Assembly: GCA_963761305.1 (NCBI GenBank)
Contig: CAVXGK010000001.1
Location: 608,001-672,000, forward strand
Direction: 5' to 3'
Length of the DNA stretch: 64,000 nucleotides
Source of the DNA: an uncultured Gemmatimonadaceae bacterium
GTDB taxonomy: Bacteria > Gemmatimonadota > Gemmatimonadetes > Gemmatimonadales > Gemmatimonadaceae
Part shown: in pieces, positions 52,367 through 61,723 of the stretch
Position numbering within the stretch: the first letter of the stretch is position 1
Layout of the letters: each line of letters opens with the position of its first letter
Made by a program: the position numbers and the translations under genes
Notes under the pieces: model-generated
Seen by the model: only the letters and a program-made list of their open reading frames with translations
The model's database searches: none
Told to the model about the DNA's origin: nothing

Positions 52367-52447
52367 GTGTCGAACTTGGAGTTCGGGATGCGACTTCGCT
52401 AACTCACCGCGTTCGAATCATGTAAGGATTCGTGCGAGGCCACTGCG

Positions 52448-54643
52448 TTAGAACCGCACCGTGCGGTAGACCGCGCTGACGTCGCCCGTCTGTCGCGGGA
52501 CGACGTACGACGGGCGCGGCGGCACGACCACCGACGCCGGCAGGCCCGGCCGCCGCGCCACCATCGCCAGATCGAAATGCGCGCCGGGCGGCACGGCGAT
52601 GGAGAACACCGCGCCGCTGTCGGGGACGTTCCAGAAGGTCCAGCTCCACGTGCGACCGTGGAATCGGAATCGTGTCGTGTCGACGACGCGGGCGTCGATC
52701 GCCGTGCGAACGACCGGCGCGCCGGTCGCGCGCAATGAGAGTGCGGTCGTTCCCGGCGGCGCGTTGACGCGCACGATGACTCGACGCGCGCCATCGATCA
52801 GCGTGTCGAGCAAAAGCCTCGCTGTTGGCGGTTCGAGACTGGCCCGCGCTTGCGGCTTGGCCGAGAAAAGCGCGCCGCGGCGAAGCGAGAGCGCCCACTC
52901 GGGCGGCGTCGCGAGCGGCGGACCAATCACTCGCTCAGCCCAGGCGCTGGATCCGTCGATGGAACCGAGCAAGGCGTCTCCGCCGTCGGCGTTTTGCGCG
53001 AACACAAGCGCGCTCGGCAACGGCGTGCTCGCGCTCGGCCCGGAGGTCGTCGCGCCGATGATCGCGAACACCACCGCCGCACCGGCGAATGCCGCCGGCA
53101 GCGGCCAGGACCGCCGTCGCCCACCGGCGGCACGCATGACCAGAGGCGCGGCAAGCCAGACGACCAACGCGGTCACGACCGCGAGCGCTGCCGAACCGGG
53201 ACCGGCGACGCCCAGCATGATCGCCGCGATCGTGTACGCGAGCCCGGCCAGCATGAGCAGGGCGACGGCCGCGGCAATCCACCACGCGATCTCGCGACCG
53301 GAACGCGCGGCGATCAGCGCGAACAGCAGCGGCCACGTGAACAGATAGCTCGTTCCGGGCGCGATGAAGCTCGTCACGATCGCGAGCACGAGCCACACGA
53401 CCAGCGCCCCCGCGTGGATCTCGGGCGACCAGCGAGTCGCCCCCGCATAGAGGAGAAGGTTGATCGCCACGATGGCGAGAGCGAGCGCCGCGGCGAACGT
53501 TCCGCTCCACGCCGCCGGTCCGTGCAGCCGCACCATCCATCCGAGCGCGCCGGACACCGCGAGCGCGACGATCATGGCCAGCGCGCCGACGGCGACGCCC
53601 TTCACGTCGCGCCGTACGACGATCACCGTCAACATGAGCGCGACCAACGCGAGTGGAATGGCGAAGCCCACGGGATATACCACCAGTCCGAGCAACGGCA
53701 GATCGAAGAACACCGCGTCGCCGGTCTTCGGACGCGGCAGATCCTCGCTGGCGACCTTGCGCGTGACGGCAAGCATCTGCAGACCGAGGTGTTGCACGCT
53801 CCTCGGATCGAGATGTGCGGCGTCATCGCTCGCCGTGTGATAGCGCTGCACTCCATCGACGAACGCGAAGTTCATCGCCGGCACGCGCAGCGCGAGGAGC
53901 TCCGACAGGTCGGTGTCGTTGGGAAGCGCGTGATAGATGGTCGTGAAGACGGAGCCGGCGGTCACGTCGCCGGCGGCGCGCAGCGCGGTGACCGCATCTC
54001 TGTTGCCTTCGCCCGTCTCGAACATGTAGGCGCGTCCGGTCGTGCCGCGGACGTCGAAGTTCAAGATGAACGCCACGTCCTTCGCCCACGGATGCTCGCG
54101 CACGAACGCCGCCGCGCCGAGCAATCCTGCCTCTTCGCCGTCGGTGAACAGCGCGATGACGTCGTGCGCCAACGGCTCTTTGCGCGCTCTGAGCGCGCGC
54201 AGCGTCTCGAGGAGCGCCACGCATCCGGCGCCGTCGTCGGCTGCCGCCGGTCCGGCTTCGACGCCGTCGTAGTGGACGACGAGCAGCACCGCTTTGCCGG
54301 TCGCGCTCGTTCCGGGCAACCAGGCGAGAATGTTCTGCACGCGGCCCGCGTCCTGTTCGCGCGTGCCGACGGCCGTGGCCGTTTGCAGTTGTGGCTTGAT
54401 GCCCAACGCGACGAGCCGGCCCATGATGTAGTCGCGGACGCGATCGTGATCCGCCATCCCGATCGCGTGGGGACGCGCGGCGATGGCCTCGATGTCGTGC
54501 ATCGCGCGCTCGGCGGAGAATACAGTGTCCGGCGCGGTTGCCGGAACGACCGACGGCGGACGCGTGACGCGCGCCACCGCAAACGCGCACAGGGCGGCCA
54601 GGCCGATCAGCGTGCCGACGCGAAGAGGGATTGACCTATCCAT
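52448..54643 (-). CDS. Membrane-embedded M28 metallopeptidase (ERMP1-like)
   Basis: FSAERA, HYD, AADDGAG, DGEEAGLLG, LPNDTD, YHTASD, followed by multiple TM helices. Confidence 0.88.
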   Translation of the reverse strand: MDRSIPLRVGTLIGLAALCAFAVARVTRPPSVVPATAPDTVFSAERAMHDIEAIAARPHAIGMADHDRVRDYIMGRLVALGIKPQLQTATAVGTREQDAGRVQNILAWLPGTSATGKAVLLVVHYDGVEAGPAAADDGAGCVALLETLRALRARKEPLAHDVIALFTDGEEAGLLGAAAFVREHPWAKDVAFILNFDVRGTTGRAYMFETGEGNRDAVTALRAAGDVTAGSVFTTIYHALPNDTDLSELLALRVPAMNFAFVDGVQRYHTASDDAAHLDPRSVQHLGLQMLAVTRKVASEDLPRPKTGDAVFFDLPLLGLVVYPVGFAIPLALVALMLTVIVVRRDVKGVAVGALAMIVALAVSGALGWMVRLHGPAAWSGTFAAALALAIVAINLLLYAGATRWSPEIHAGALVVWLVLAIVTSFIAPGTSYLFTWPLLFALIAARSGREIAWWIAAAVALLMLAGLAYTIAAIMLGVAGPGSAALAVVTALVVWLAAPLVMRAAGGRRRSWPLPAAFAGAAVVFAIIGATTSGPSASTPLPSALVFAQNADGGDALLGSIDGSSAWAERVIGPPLATPPEWALSLRRGALFSAKPQARASLEPPTARLLLDTLIDGARRVIVRVNAPPGTTALSLRATGAPVVRTAIDARVVDTTRFRFHGRTWSWTFWNVPDSGAVFSIAVPPGAHFDLAMVARRPGLPASVVVPPRPSYVVPRQTGDVSAVYRTVRF

Positions 54644-54736
54644 AGATTGCTTCAGGTGGCGGCGGGTGCGGCGGGTCCTTGCGCTTGTCGGTCAACGCAT
54701 CATTGTACATCGACGCACTTCCATTCTGGAGCAGCG

Positions 54737-55138
54737 ATGGCCGACGCAGCACACCACGACGACGCCAAGACCGTTCTCGTGGTGGACGACCACGAAACGA
54801 CGCGACAAACCATCGCTCGCATGCTCGAAGCGGGTGGCTTCGCCGTGCGCACGGCGCGCAGCGGGCCCGAGGCGCTCGAGATGTTGGCCTCCGGTCGCGA
54901 CGAGATCGATCTCGTGCTCTCCGACGTCACCATGCCGGGCATGACCGGCATCGATTTGTCGTACCACATTCGCGATCAGTATCCCGAGATGCCGGTCGCC
55001 ATCGTCTCGGGCGACGTGAGCGAGCTGGAACGGAGCATCATCGGTCGCGCGGAAGTGCCCTTCATCAAGAAGCCGTTCCACGCCGAGTCGTTGTACAGCG
55101 CGGTACGCGAAGCGATGCGCCGCCACGCGTCCGACTGA
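54737..55138 (+). CDS. Single-domain response regulator
   Basis: LVVDD, LSDVTMPGMTG, VSG, KKPF. Confidence 0.9.
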   Translation: MADAAHHDDAKTVLVVDDHETTRQTIARMLEAGGFAVRTARSGPEALEMLASGRDEIDLVLSDVTMPGMTGIDLSYHIRDQYPEMPVAIVSGDVSELERSIIGRAEVPFIKKPFHAESLYSAVREAMRRHASD

Positions 55139-55165
55139 CGTCGAACGCGCCCGCGGGCGGCAACG

Positions 55166-55660
55166 CTACGGCTTGACGAACGTTTGCTTCCCCGAGAACG
55201 ACTGTCCGGCGACTGACGCGTCGTTCGTGATCACGAGCGTCTTCTTGTCGGCCGAGAGCGAGTAACGCTCGGTTCCGGAAAACGGCGAGCCGCCGAAGTC
55301 AGCCGACGTCTTGATCACGAGGACGTCGTCGCTCCACGCGGCGGTCGAGTTGAAATCGACGTTCGTGCCGTTGGCGTTCACCGTGTTTTTCGACGGCGAT
55401 CCGTCGAGCGCGTACGTCGACGTGCCCGAGCGCGTCATGCCCATCGCCGTCGTCGTACGATCGATGGTCATCGACTTGTCGGTCTGCGTCACCTTGAGCG
55501 TCGCCGATGTCGGCACCATCGGACCTTCGCTCTTGGCGACGTCGAGCGTCCACGTGCCCGAAAAATCCGGGTGCGCTCGTGCGCGCGCCGTCGGCCCCGG
55601 AATGGCGGCGAGGGTTGTCAGCATGAACATCCCGGCCATCCAGGGAACAACGCGTCGCAT
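55166..55660 (-). CDS. Secreted hypothetical (lipocalin-like beta protein)
   Basis: Signal peptide, PDFSGTWTLD..KS motif; AGGAG RBS. Confidence 0.75.
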   Translation of the reverse strand: MRRVVPWMAGMFMLTTLAAIPGPTARARAHPDFSGTWTLDVAKSEGPMVPTSATLKVTQTDKSMTIDRTTTAMGMTRSGTSTYALDGSPSKNTVNANGTNVDFNSTAAWSDDVLVIKTSADFGGSPFSGTERYSLSADKKTLVITNDASVAGQSFSGKQTFVKP

Positions 55661-55698
55661 CGGGTCTCCTGAGGAGAGGTGGGCCTGCGAATCGATTC

Positions 55699-57021
55699 CT
55701 ATTTCTTCTTCGCCGGCTTGGCCGCCGGCTTGGCCGCCGCTTTGCTCGCGCCCTTCGGCGCGTCGCGCAGCACCATGTTCTGGCCCTCGTAGGCGAATTT
55801 CACGTTCGCGCTCTGCTCGATCTGGTGGATCGCCACCATGTTCGAATCGAGCGACGCGTCAATCGAGGTCGGTCGGTCGAGCAGCGGTGCGTCCGGCACC
55901 TTGAGGTCGGAGTTGAGCCACCGGCCGACGGTCGCAACCGCTTGCCGCAACGGCTTCTGCCTTACGACGAGCCGGTGATCCAGCCAACTGAACGATTCAG
56001 CCTTGCCGTCGTCACTGAGCGCGTGGATCCCGGTCTTGTCGGCGACCATCGCCTGCCCGGCGGCGACCACGCTGGTCAGTTTCCCGGACTTGATAGTAAC
56101 CGATCCTTCCTGTACGAGGACTTTGGCAGAGCTGTCTTCCGGGTAGGCCGAAACCGCGAACTTGGTCCCGGTGGCGATGAACTGCGTGTGGTTCGCCACG
56201 ACACGCAACGGCATCTTCTGGCCGGGCGCCACGTCGAACGAGGCCGTGCCCTCGACGCGAATCGCTCGCAGCGTCGTCGGAAAACCTTCGGGTTTGAAGA
56301 TTTTGGTCTCGGGACCGAATTGCACAGCCGAACCGTCTTCCAGCTTTGTGCTGCCAATTTGCCCCGCGCTCGAGGAGATCGGCTGAAGGTTCGGCGCCGC
56401 CACTGAGGCGAGCACCGCGTCGTCTTCACCGAGGCCGCTCAGGTAGCGCACTCCCCCGATCGCGATCACGAGGGCCACGACGCCGGTGATGACCGGCACC
56501 GTCCAGTTGCGCTTTTGCGACATGTCCTTCACGCGCGACGCAGCGTCGTGCCGGCCGGCCGACGCGGCCGCCTGATGCGCGGCGGCGGTGTTTCCTTCAC
56601 CGCGGATCGTGCGCGTGATGCGTGACCACGCCTCCTCGGCATCCGCCTGCGGCGACGCCGCGTGCGTGCCGGTCATCGTCACCTCGTCACGCGACGACGA
56701 ACCACCGAAACGCTGCGCGGCGACTCGCCGGCTCAATGCGCGGGCCGAGCCGTGCGTGACTTCGTCCGCCAACACCTTTTTGAACTGCGCGAGCGACGTC
56801 AGCGTCGCGCGCTGCTGCCACACGTTGACGAAGGCCGTCTCGACGACGCGCGGTGCAAGCGTCGGAGCATCCTTCAGCTTCTCGTGCGCCATCGCCATGG
56901 CGCCGGCGAACTCCGCGTCGAACGCGCGCCGCAGTGCCGTCTCGTCCCGCAAATAGTTCGATGACGATGGAGCGGACTTCACGGACGAGGGGGTATCGGT
57001 GCGGGCATCCTGCGACGCCAT
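55699..57021 (-). CDS. FecR-domain protein with sigma-region-2-like N-terminus
   Basis: Single TM, then LEDGS.V..GPET.I, VEGTASFDV, ATGTKFAV, VQEGSV, SWLD..LV (FecR); GGAGG RBS. Confidence 0.82.
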   Translation of the reverse strand: MASQDARTDTPSSVKSAPSSSNYLRDETALRRAFDAEFAGAMAMAHEKLKDAPTLAPRVVETAFVNVWQQRATLTSLAQFKKVLADEVTHGSARALSRRVAAQRFGGSSSRDEVTMTGTHAASPQADAEEAWSRITRTIRGEGNTAAAHQAAASAGRHDAASRVKDMSQKRNWTVPVITGVVALVIAIGGVRYLSGLGEDDAVLASVAAPNLQPISSSAGQIGSTKLEDGSAVQFGPETKIFKPEGFPTTLRAIRVEGTASFDVAPGQKMPLRVVANHTQFIATGTKFAVSAYPEDSSAKVLVQEGSVTIKSGKLTSVVAAGQAMVADKTGIHALSDDGKAESFSWLDHRLVVRQKPLRQAVATVGRWLNSDLKVPDAPLLDRPTSIDASLDSNMVAIHQIEQSANVKFAYEGQNMVLRDAPKGASKAAAKPAAKPAKKK

Positions 57022-57430
57022 GCTGCCTCCAAGGCGGTTGGCCGTTAGATGATGTGGCTGCGAGACATATATCATGGCGTCGGGGCGGGCGCGTGCAAGA
57101 GGTGATGGCCGTTTGGTGGCGTGATCGCGCGCCTTGTTTTGGATGGGTCTCGCACAGTCGGTGCACTCCGCGTGCGCCTCGATGGCGACACGATCCGCGA
57201 TAGGTCGCGACGTTTCCGAGCCCGATTCCGGCCCGACTCACCTCGCAGGGACGCTACGACTCGAACCTTGCGCGATCTGGGCGAGGAACAGAGTCGATGC
57301 GTCGTGTCGCAACCGGTGATGCTTGAGTGCAACAGTTAGCCCCCTCTCTCGCAATCTGCCGATACGCGGCCGAATCCATAAGGCATTGTATGGAACGAAC
57401 ATAGGCGACGTGACGAGCGGGCCCGGCCTG

Positions 57431-57446
57431 TGGCACGTCCGCTGCT
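57431..57446 (+). promoter_or_regulatory. Putative sigma54 promoter of STAS gene
   Basis: TGGCACGTCCGCTGCT, GG-N10-GC, one mismatch to TGGCACG-N4-TTGCW; 60 nt before the ATG. Confidence 0.65.
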
Positions 57447-57506
57447 ATCCCCTCGTGGCTTCACAAGGCAATGCGCGACGGATGTCGGCGTCGGCGCGGA
57501 GGTCTC

Positions 57507-57812
57507 ATGGAAACGGCCCTTAGTAAGACGTTGATTCCCTGTACGATCGAGCTGCGTCACGAGATGGCGATGTCTGGCCCGCGTTCGGTGCGTACGTCGA
57601 TCATGACGGCGCTCGGCAAGGGTGATCGGCACGTCGTGGTGGATTGCTGCGGCTGGGAGCAGTTGGATTTGGTGGTCTTGAGCACCCTCGTGCAGGGCGC
57701 CAAGGCGTGTGCCGCGTTCGGAGCGTCGTTCGAGCTGGTGAACCTTGCTGGCCATGTCCATGATGACATCGTCGCGCTCCGTCTGGAACGCCGGCTAGGA
57801 CTGATCGCGTAG
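57507..57812 (+). CDS. STAS domain protein (anti-anti-sigma-like)
   Basis: GDRHVVVDCCGWEQLDLVVLSTLV...GASFELVNL...LRLE pattern; GGAGG RBS. Confidence 0.72.
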   Translation: METALSKTLIPCTIELRHEMAMSGPRSVRTSIMTALGKGDRHVVVDCCGWEQLDLVVLSTLVQGAKACAAFGASFELVNLAGHVHDDIVALRLERRLGLIA

Positions 57813-57954
57813 GTTGTGTTGCATGGGGACCACAGATACTGAGGATCGCCGGCAACATTGGCATCAAATGTTTCAATTGAATTGGCGAGGGCGTTTTTTG
57901 CGTAAACTGCTTTGCAACAACGTTTTAGTACCATGTAAAGCTTGTTGGGAAGCG

Positions 57955-57970
57955 TGGTATGGCCCCTGCG
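57955..57970 (+). promoter_or_regulatory. Putative sigma54 promoter of PEP-CTERM gene
   Basis: TGGTATGGCCCCTGCG (GG-N10-GC) after an AT-rich tract containing TGTAAA and CGTAAA-N4-TTTGCA. Confidence 0.55.
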
Positions 57971-58036
57971 ATAGCGGGCCCAAGGATTGAGCGCCGGTGG
58001 ACGCCGCGCTCTGAAGGCGAACCTGAGTCTGGAGGA

Positions 58037-58663
58037 ATGATGAGAGTGCGTAACCTCGCGTGTGCCGTGATGATCGGTACCGCGGCAGTTTCGTTGGCGT
58101 CGGCGCCAGCATCGGCACAGCTGGTCACATTTTCGACGTCAGGCGCGTTCAGCCAAGGGTCCTGTGGACCGTCTCTATGCGTCTTCGGTGGTTATGTGCT
58201 GACGTACGTTCCGGAATTCAACGTCCAGTGGCAACAGCCAAGCGACATCAGCCTGGGCGACTTCGCGGCCACCTGCTTCTCTGCCCCGTGCTCCGGCGGG
58301 AACATCCTCTCCGGCTCGACGTTCATGCTGACCATCAACGAGAGCGGCCCGACCCCTGGCTCCGCGTCGATTTCCGGTCTGCTAGGCTGGGACGCGTCCA
58401 CCAACACGCTGTCGTGGAACCCGAACACGAGTACCGTGACCATCGGGGGCACCACGTACACGCTGGACGAAGACAATACCGGCTGCGCGTTCCAGAACTC
58501 GCAGTGCGTCGACATTTCGACGCCCCACGTCAATGGGATTCCACTCTTCACGAACATCACAGATCCCGTCACCGCCACGCCCGAACCGGCGACGATCGCC
58601 CTCATGGCCACCGGCCTTGTCGGCCTGATTCCCGTCGCCCGGCGCCGTCGCAAGAACGCCTAG
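58037..58663 (+). CDS. PEP-CTERM sorting domain protein
   Basis: Signal peptide; C-terminal TPEPATIALMATGLVGLIPVARRRRKNA; GGAGG RBS. Confidence 0.92.
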   Translation: MMRVRNLACAVMIGTAAVSLASAPASAQLVTFSTSGAFSQGSCGPSLCVFGGYVLTYVPEFNVQWQQPSDISLGDFAATCFSAPCSGGNILSGSTFMLTINESGPTPGSASISGLLGWDASTNTLSWNPNTSTVTIGGTTYTLDEDNTGCAFQNSQCVDISTPHVNGIPLFTNITDPVTATPEPATIALMATGLVGLIPVARRRRKNA

Positions 58664-58712
58664 ACCTTACCTCGCTCCAGTTCACGGGCAGGTAACGGCG
58701 TCCACCGTAGAC

Positions 58713-58758
58713 ACCGCGGGAGTCGCTGCTCAAGCAGCGACTCCCGCGGTCTTTTTTT
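58713..58758 (+). terminator. Intrinsic terminator
   Basis: ACCGCGGGAGTCGCTGCT-CA-AGCAGCGACTCCCGCGGT-CTTTTTTT. Confidence 0.92.
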
Positions 58759-58834
58759 GCGTTTGCGGTTCTCTTGCGTCGAAAAGACGAGCCCGCTCCA
58801 CCGCCTCTCAACTCCACGACAAGGGTTTTTCTTC

Positions 58835-59371
58835 GTGCCTCAACTCTCGAACGAGTTCGTTCGCCGAATCCAGGTCCCTGTCTACCTCATTGTCGCGTAT
58901 CTGAGCATCGGGTCGATCATCGAGCTCCTGGTGGCCGGCTGGCCGCTCCATCTCCATGACGTGAATTTCCGGCTTGGATTGCTGAATTCCGCCGCCGCCG
59001 CCACAGGGACTGAGTTGCTCGCGCTGCTCCTTCTCGTGGTGATGGGTCAGCTCGCCATGTCGAGCGGGGCGCTTTGGGCCGGCTTCTGGTACTGCCTCCT
59101 CGTTGCGCTGGCGTACATCGCCGCCGCCGGCACCTTCGTGCTCGATGCCCTTCAGCTTCGCGGCCGGGTCCCCGCCGCCGAGGTGACGCGATTCGACGTC
59201 ACGATCGCGTGGGCGCTCGGGCGCTTCGCGGCCGCCGAGATCGTGTGCCTGTTCCTCGCGGCGTGCGCGATGTATGCCGCTCGCTCACTCCGGCGTGAGT
59301 CCCCGCGCGACAGCGCCAACAGGCTGGTGGTCGGCGTCCCCGGTGCCAGCACGACGCCCGTCCCGCACTGA
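58835..59371 (+). CDS. Four-TM membrane protein (possibly HpsJ-like)
   Basis: Four hydrophobic segments; WP......FRLG and FVLDALQLR motifs. Family call tentative. Confidence 0.6.
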   Translation: MPQLSNEFVRRIQVPVYLIVAYLSIGSIIELLVAGWPLHLHDVNFRLGLLNSAAAATGTELLALLLLVVMGQLAMSSGALWAGFWYCLLVALAYIAAAGTFVLDALQLRGRVPAAEVTRFDVTIAWALGRFAAAEIVCLFLAACAMYAARSLRRESPRDSANRLVVGVPGASTTPVPH

Positions 59372-59395
59372 CGCCACGCCGAAGCCAACGGCGCC

Positions 59396-60328
59396 TCAGG
59401 GCGCCAACGTCGGATCGTAGCTGGTGACGAACTCGATGAACTTCGAAACGTCCACCATGTCTCGCCCGACGAATCGCACCGTGTGCGAGTCGATGCGTTG
59501 TACGTTCGGCAAGTACCCGAGCAGCTCGACCGGACGATAGTTCTTGAACGACACGTCGAGCGTGATGGGATGAGTCATCGCGTAGGGCTTCATCTCTCCG
59601 CGCCGTTTGACCGCGGTCGCGGCGTGCTCGCGAATCAAACGTCGCGCCGTTTCCGGCGTCATCGTCCCCGTCGAGTGGAAGCCGATCGCCCGCTTCACCG
59701 CGACGCCCTCGATCGGGCCCAGTCGCGCCTTCGTCTCGGCCACGATCGCGTCGTCACCGGTCAGCATCACGACGGGAACACCGTACTGCGCGGCGATCGC
59801 GGCGTTGATTCCCGCCTCGGACATCGAGACCCCGTTCAGCGAGATGCGGGTCAGCAGCGCGCTCGAGATCGTGTGTGCACGCACGCCGGTGGTGCTCGAT
59901 GTCGAGGCGTGGTAGCCGATGAAAATCACCGCCGCGAACGTCGAATCGATCCCCTCCATCATGCCGAGTGGCCGAGGAAATGATCGGATGATGGTTACCG
60001 GAATGTCGGTCGGGAATCGATCGATCAAGAGCGATTCGCCGTTGCCATGCGAATCGCTCACCACGAACTCGGTGGCCCCCGCATCGCGAGCTCCCTGGAT
60101 CGCCGCCAGCACTTCACCAGTCATCCAGTCGCGCGCCCGCTCGTACTCGAAGTTTCCGGGCCCCAGCTGGTCCACCGACGCCACGCCCGTGATGCCTTCC
60201 ATGTCCGCCGAGATGTAGACCTTGAGCGGGGCGGTGGGTCGCTGCGCCTGCGCGGTGACCGCACTCGCGACCAAGGCAATCGCCACCAATCCAAACGCGG
60301 TGGGGCCGGCGTGTCGGGCGCGCCTCAC
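59396..60328 (-). CDS. dppA: M55 D-aminopeptidase (DppA-like) with signal peptide
   Basis: KVYISADMEG, VSDSHG, IGYHA, AHT, TGDD. GTG overlaps the MFS stop. Confidence 0.87.
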   Translation of the reverse strand: MRRARHAGPTAFGLVAIALVASAVTAQAQRPTAPLKVYISADMEGITGVASVDQLGPGNFEYERARDWMTGEVLAAIQGARDAGATEFVVSDSHGNGESLLIDRFPTDIPVTIIRSFPRPLGMMEGIDSTFAAVIFIGYHASTSSTTGVRAHTISSALLTRISLNGVSMSEAGINAAIAAQYGVPVVMLTGDDAIVAETKARLGPIEGVAVKRAIGFHSTGTMTPETARRLIREHAATAVKRRGEMKPYAMTHPITLDVSFKNYRPVELLGYLPNVQRIDSHTVRFVGRDMVDVSKFIEFVTSYDPTLAP

Positions 60329-61668
60329 TGGGCGACCTCCACGTTCGGCTCGTCGACTTCCTGCCACACTCGCCCCGGCCGCGTTTCAGGCAGCGCGAAG
60401 GTCCCGATCACGACCGTCAGCAGCGACACGCCGATCGGGAACCACAGACCGGCGAGCTTGTTCCCGGTCGCGGCGACGATCGACGTCGCGATCAGCGGCA
60501 TGAATCCGCCAAACCAGCCGTTTCCGAAATGGTAGGGGAGCGAGAGCGACGTATACCGGATTCTCGCCGGGAAGCTCTCGACGAGGAACGCCGCGATCGG
60601 TCCGTAGACCATCGTCACGTAGAACACCTGCACGAACACGAGGAACACCAGCATCGGCACATTGAGCGGCTGCGCCGCCGAGATCATCGCCTTGTAGATC
60701 GGGATGTACGTCAACGCGGCGACGAGGCACCCGGCCATGATGATTCTCTTGCGGCCGATGCGGTCCGAGAGCGAACCGAAAACGACGAAGAACGGCGTCG
60801 CCAACACGAGCGCGATCGCCACGATGATGTACGCCGTGTCGATCGGAATCTTGAGAATCGTCTGCAGGAAGATGAGCGCGTAGAACTGGCCGGTGTACCA
60901 CACGACCGCTTGTCCCGCCGTGGCGCCGAACAGCACGAGCAGGAAGAAGCGCCAGCGCTCGAGCGTCCCATAGCTGTCGGCGATCGGCGCCGTGGACGTC
61001 TTCCCGGCCGCCTTGAGCTGCGCGAACACCGGCGACTCGGCCATACGCGCACGGATGTAGTACGAGACGATCACCAGCATCGACGACAGCAGGAACGGAA
61101 TCCGCCAGCCCCACGCCTTGAAATCCGCATCGCTCATCGAGTGCTTCGTCACGAGAATCACGATCAGCGACACAAAAAATCCGAGCGTCGCCGTCGTCTG
61201 GATGAACGACGTGTAGTAGCCGCGCTTGTCGTCCGGCGAGTGTTCGGCGACGTAGATCGCCGCGCCGCCGTATTCACCGCCGAGGGCCAGCCCCTGAAGC
61301 AGGCGAAGCGTCACCAGCAGAATCGGCGCGAAGATTCCGAGCGTCCCGTAGCCCGGGAGCAGACCGATCGCGGCCGTCGCGCCGCCCATGATGAGCAATG
61401 TCATCATGAACGCGTACTTCCGTCCAACGAGGTCCCCGATGCGGCCGAACACCAAGGCACCGAACGGGCGCACGGCGAAGCCCGCGGCGAACGTCGCGAG
61501 CCACTTCAGCAGCGAGACCGTCGCATTCGCCTCGGGATAGAAAACCGCCGAGAGCACCGCCGCGAGACTGCCGAAGATGTAGAAGTCGTACCACTCGATG
61601 ACCGTGCCGGCCGACGACGCGGCGATCACGCCCCAAATCCCGCGCGTCTGTGCGTTGGATGTTGTCAT
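60325..61668 (-). CDS. MHS family MFS transporter
   Basis: GTVIEWYDF, RPFGA..FG.IGD..GRK, QGLALGGEYGGA, GWRIPF, ESP.F. Confidence 0.93.
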   Translation of the reverse strand: MTTSNAQTRGIWGVIAASSAGTVIEWYDFYIFGSLAAVLSAVFYPEANATVSLLKWLATFAAGFAVRPFGALVFGRIGDLVGRKYAFMMTLLIMGGATAAIGLLPGYGTLGIFAPILLVTLRLLQGLALGGEYGGAAIYVAEHSPDDKRGYYTSFIQTTATLGFFVSLIVILVTKHSMSDADFKAWGWRIPFLLSSMLVIVSYYIRARMAESPVFAQLKAAGKTSTAPIADSYGTLERWRFFLLVLFGATAGQAVVWYTGQFYALIFLQTILKIPIDTAYIIVAIALVLATPFFVVFGSLSDRIGRKRIIMAGCLVAALTYIPIYKAMISAAQPLNVPMLVFLVFVQVFYVTMVYGPIAAFLVESFPARIRYTSLSLPYHFGNGWFGGFMPLIATSIVAATGNKLAGLWFPIGVSLLTVVIGTFALPETRPGRVWQEVDEPNVEVAQ

Positions 61669-61723
61669 GCGCACAATACTGCGTTCTGTGAGCCGCTTTG
61701 ACGAGAGCGGCCGCCCGCCAGGT

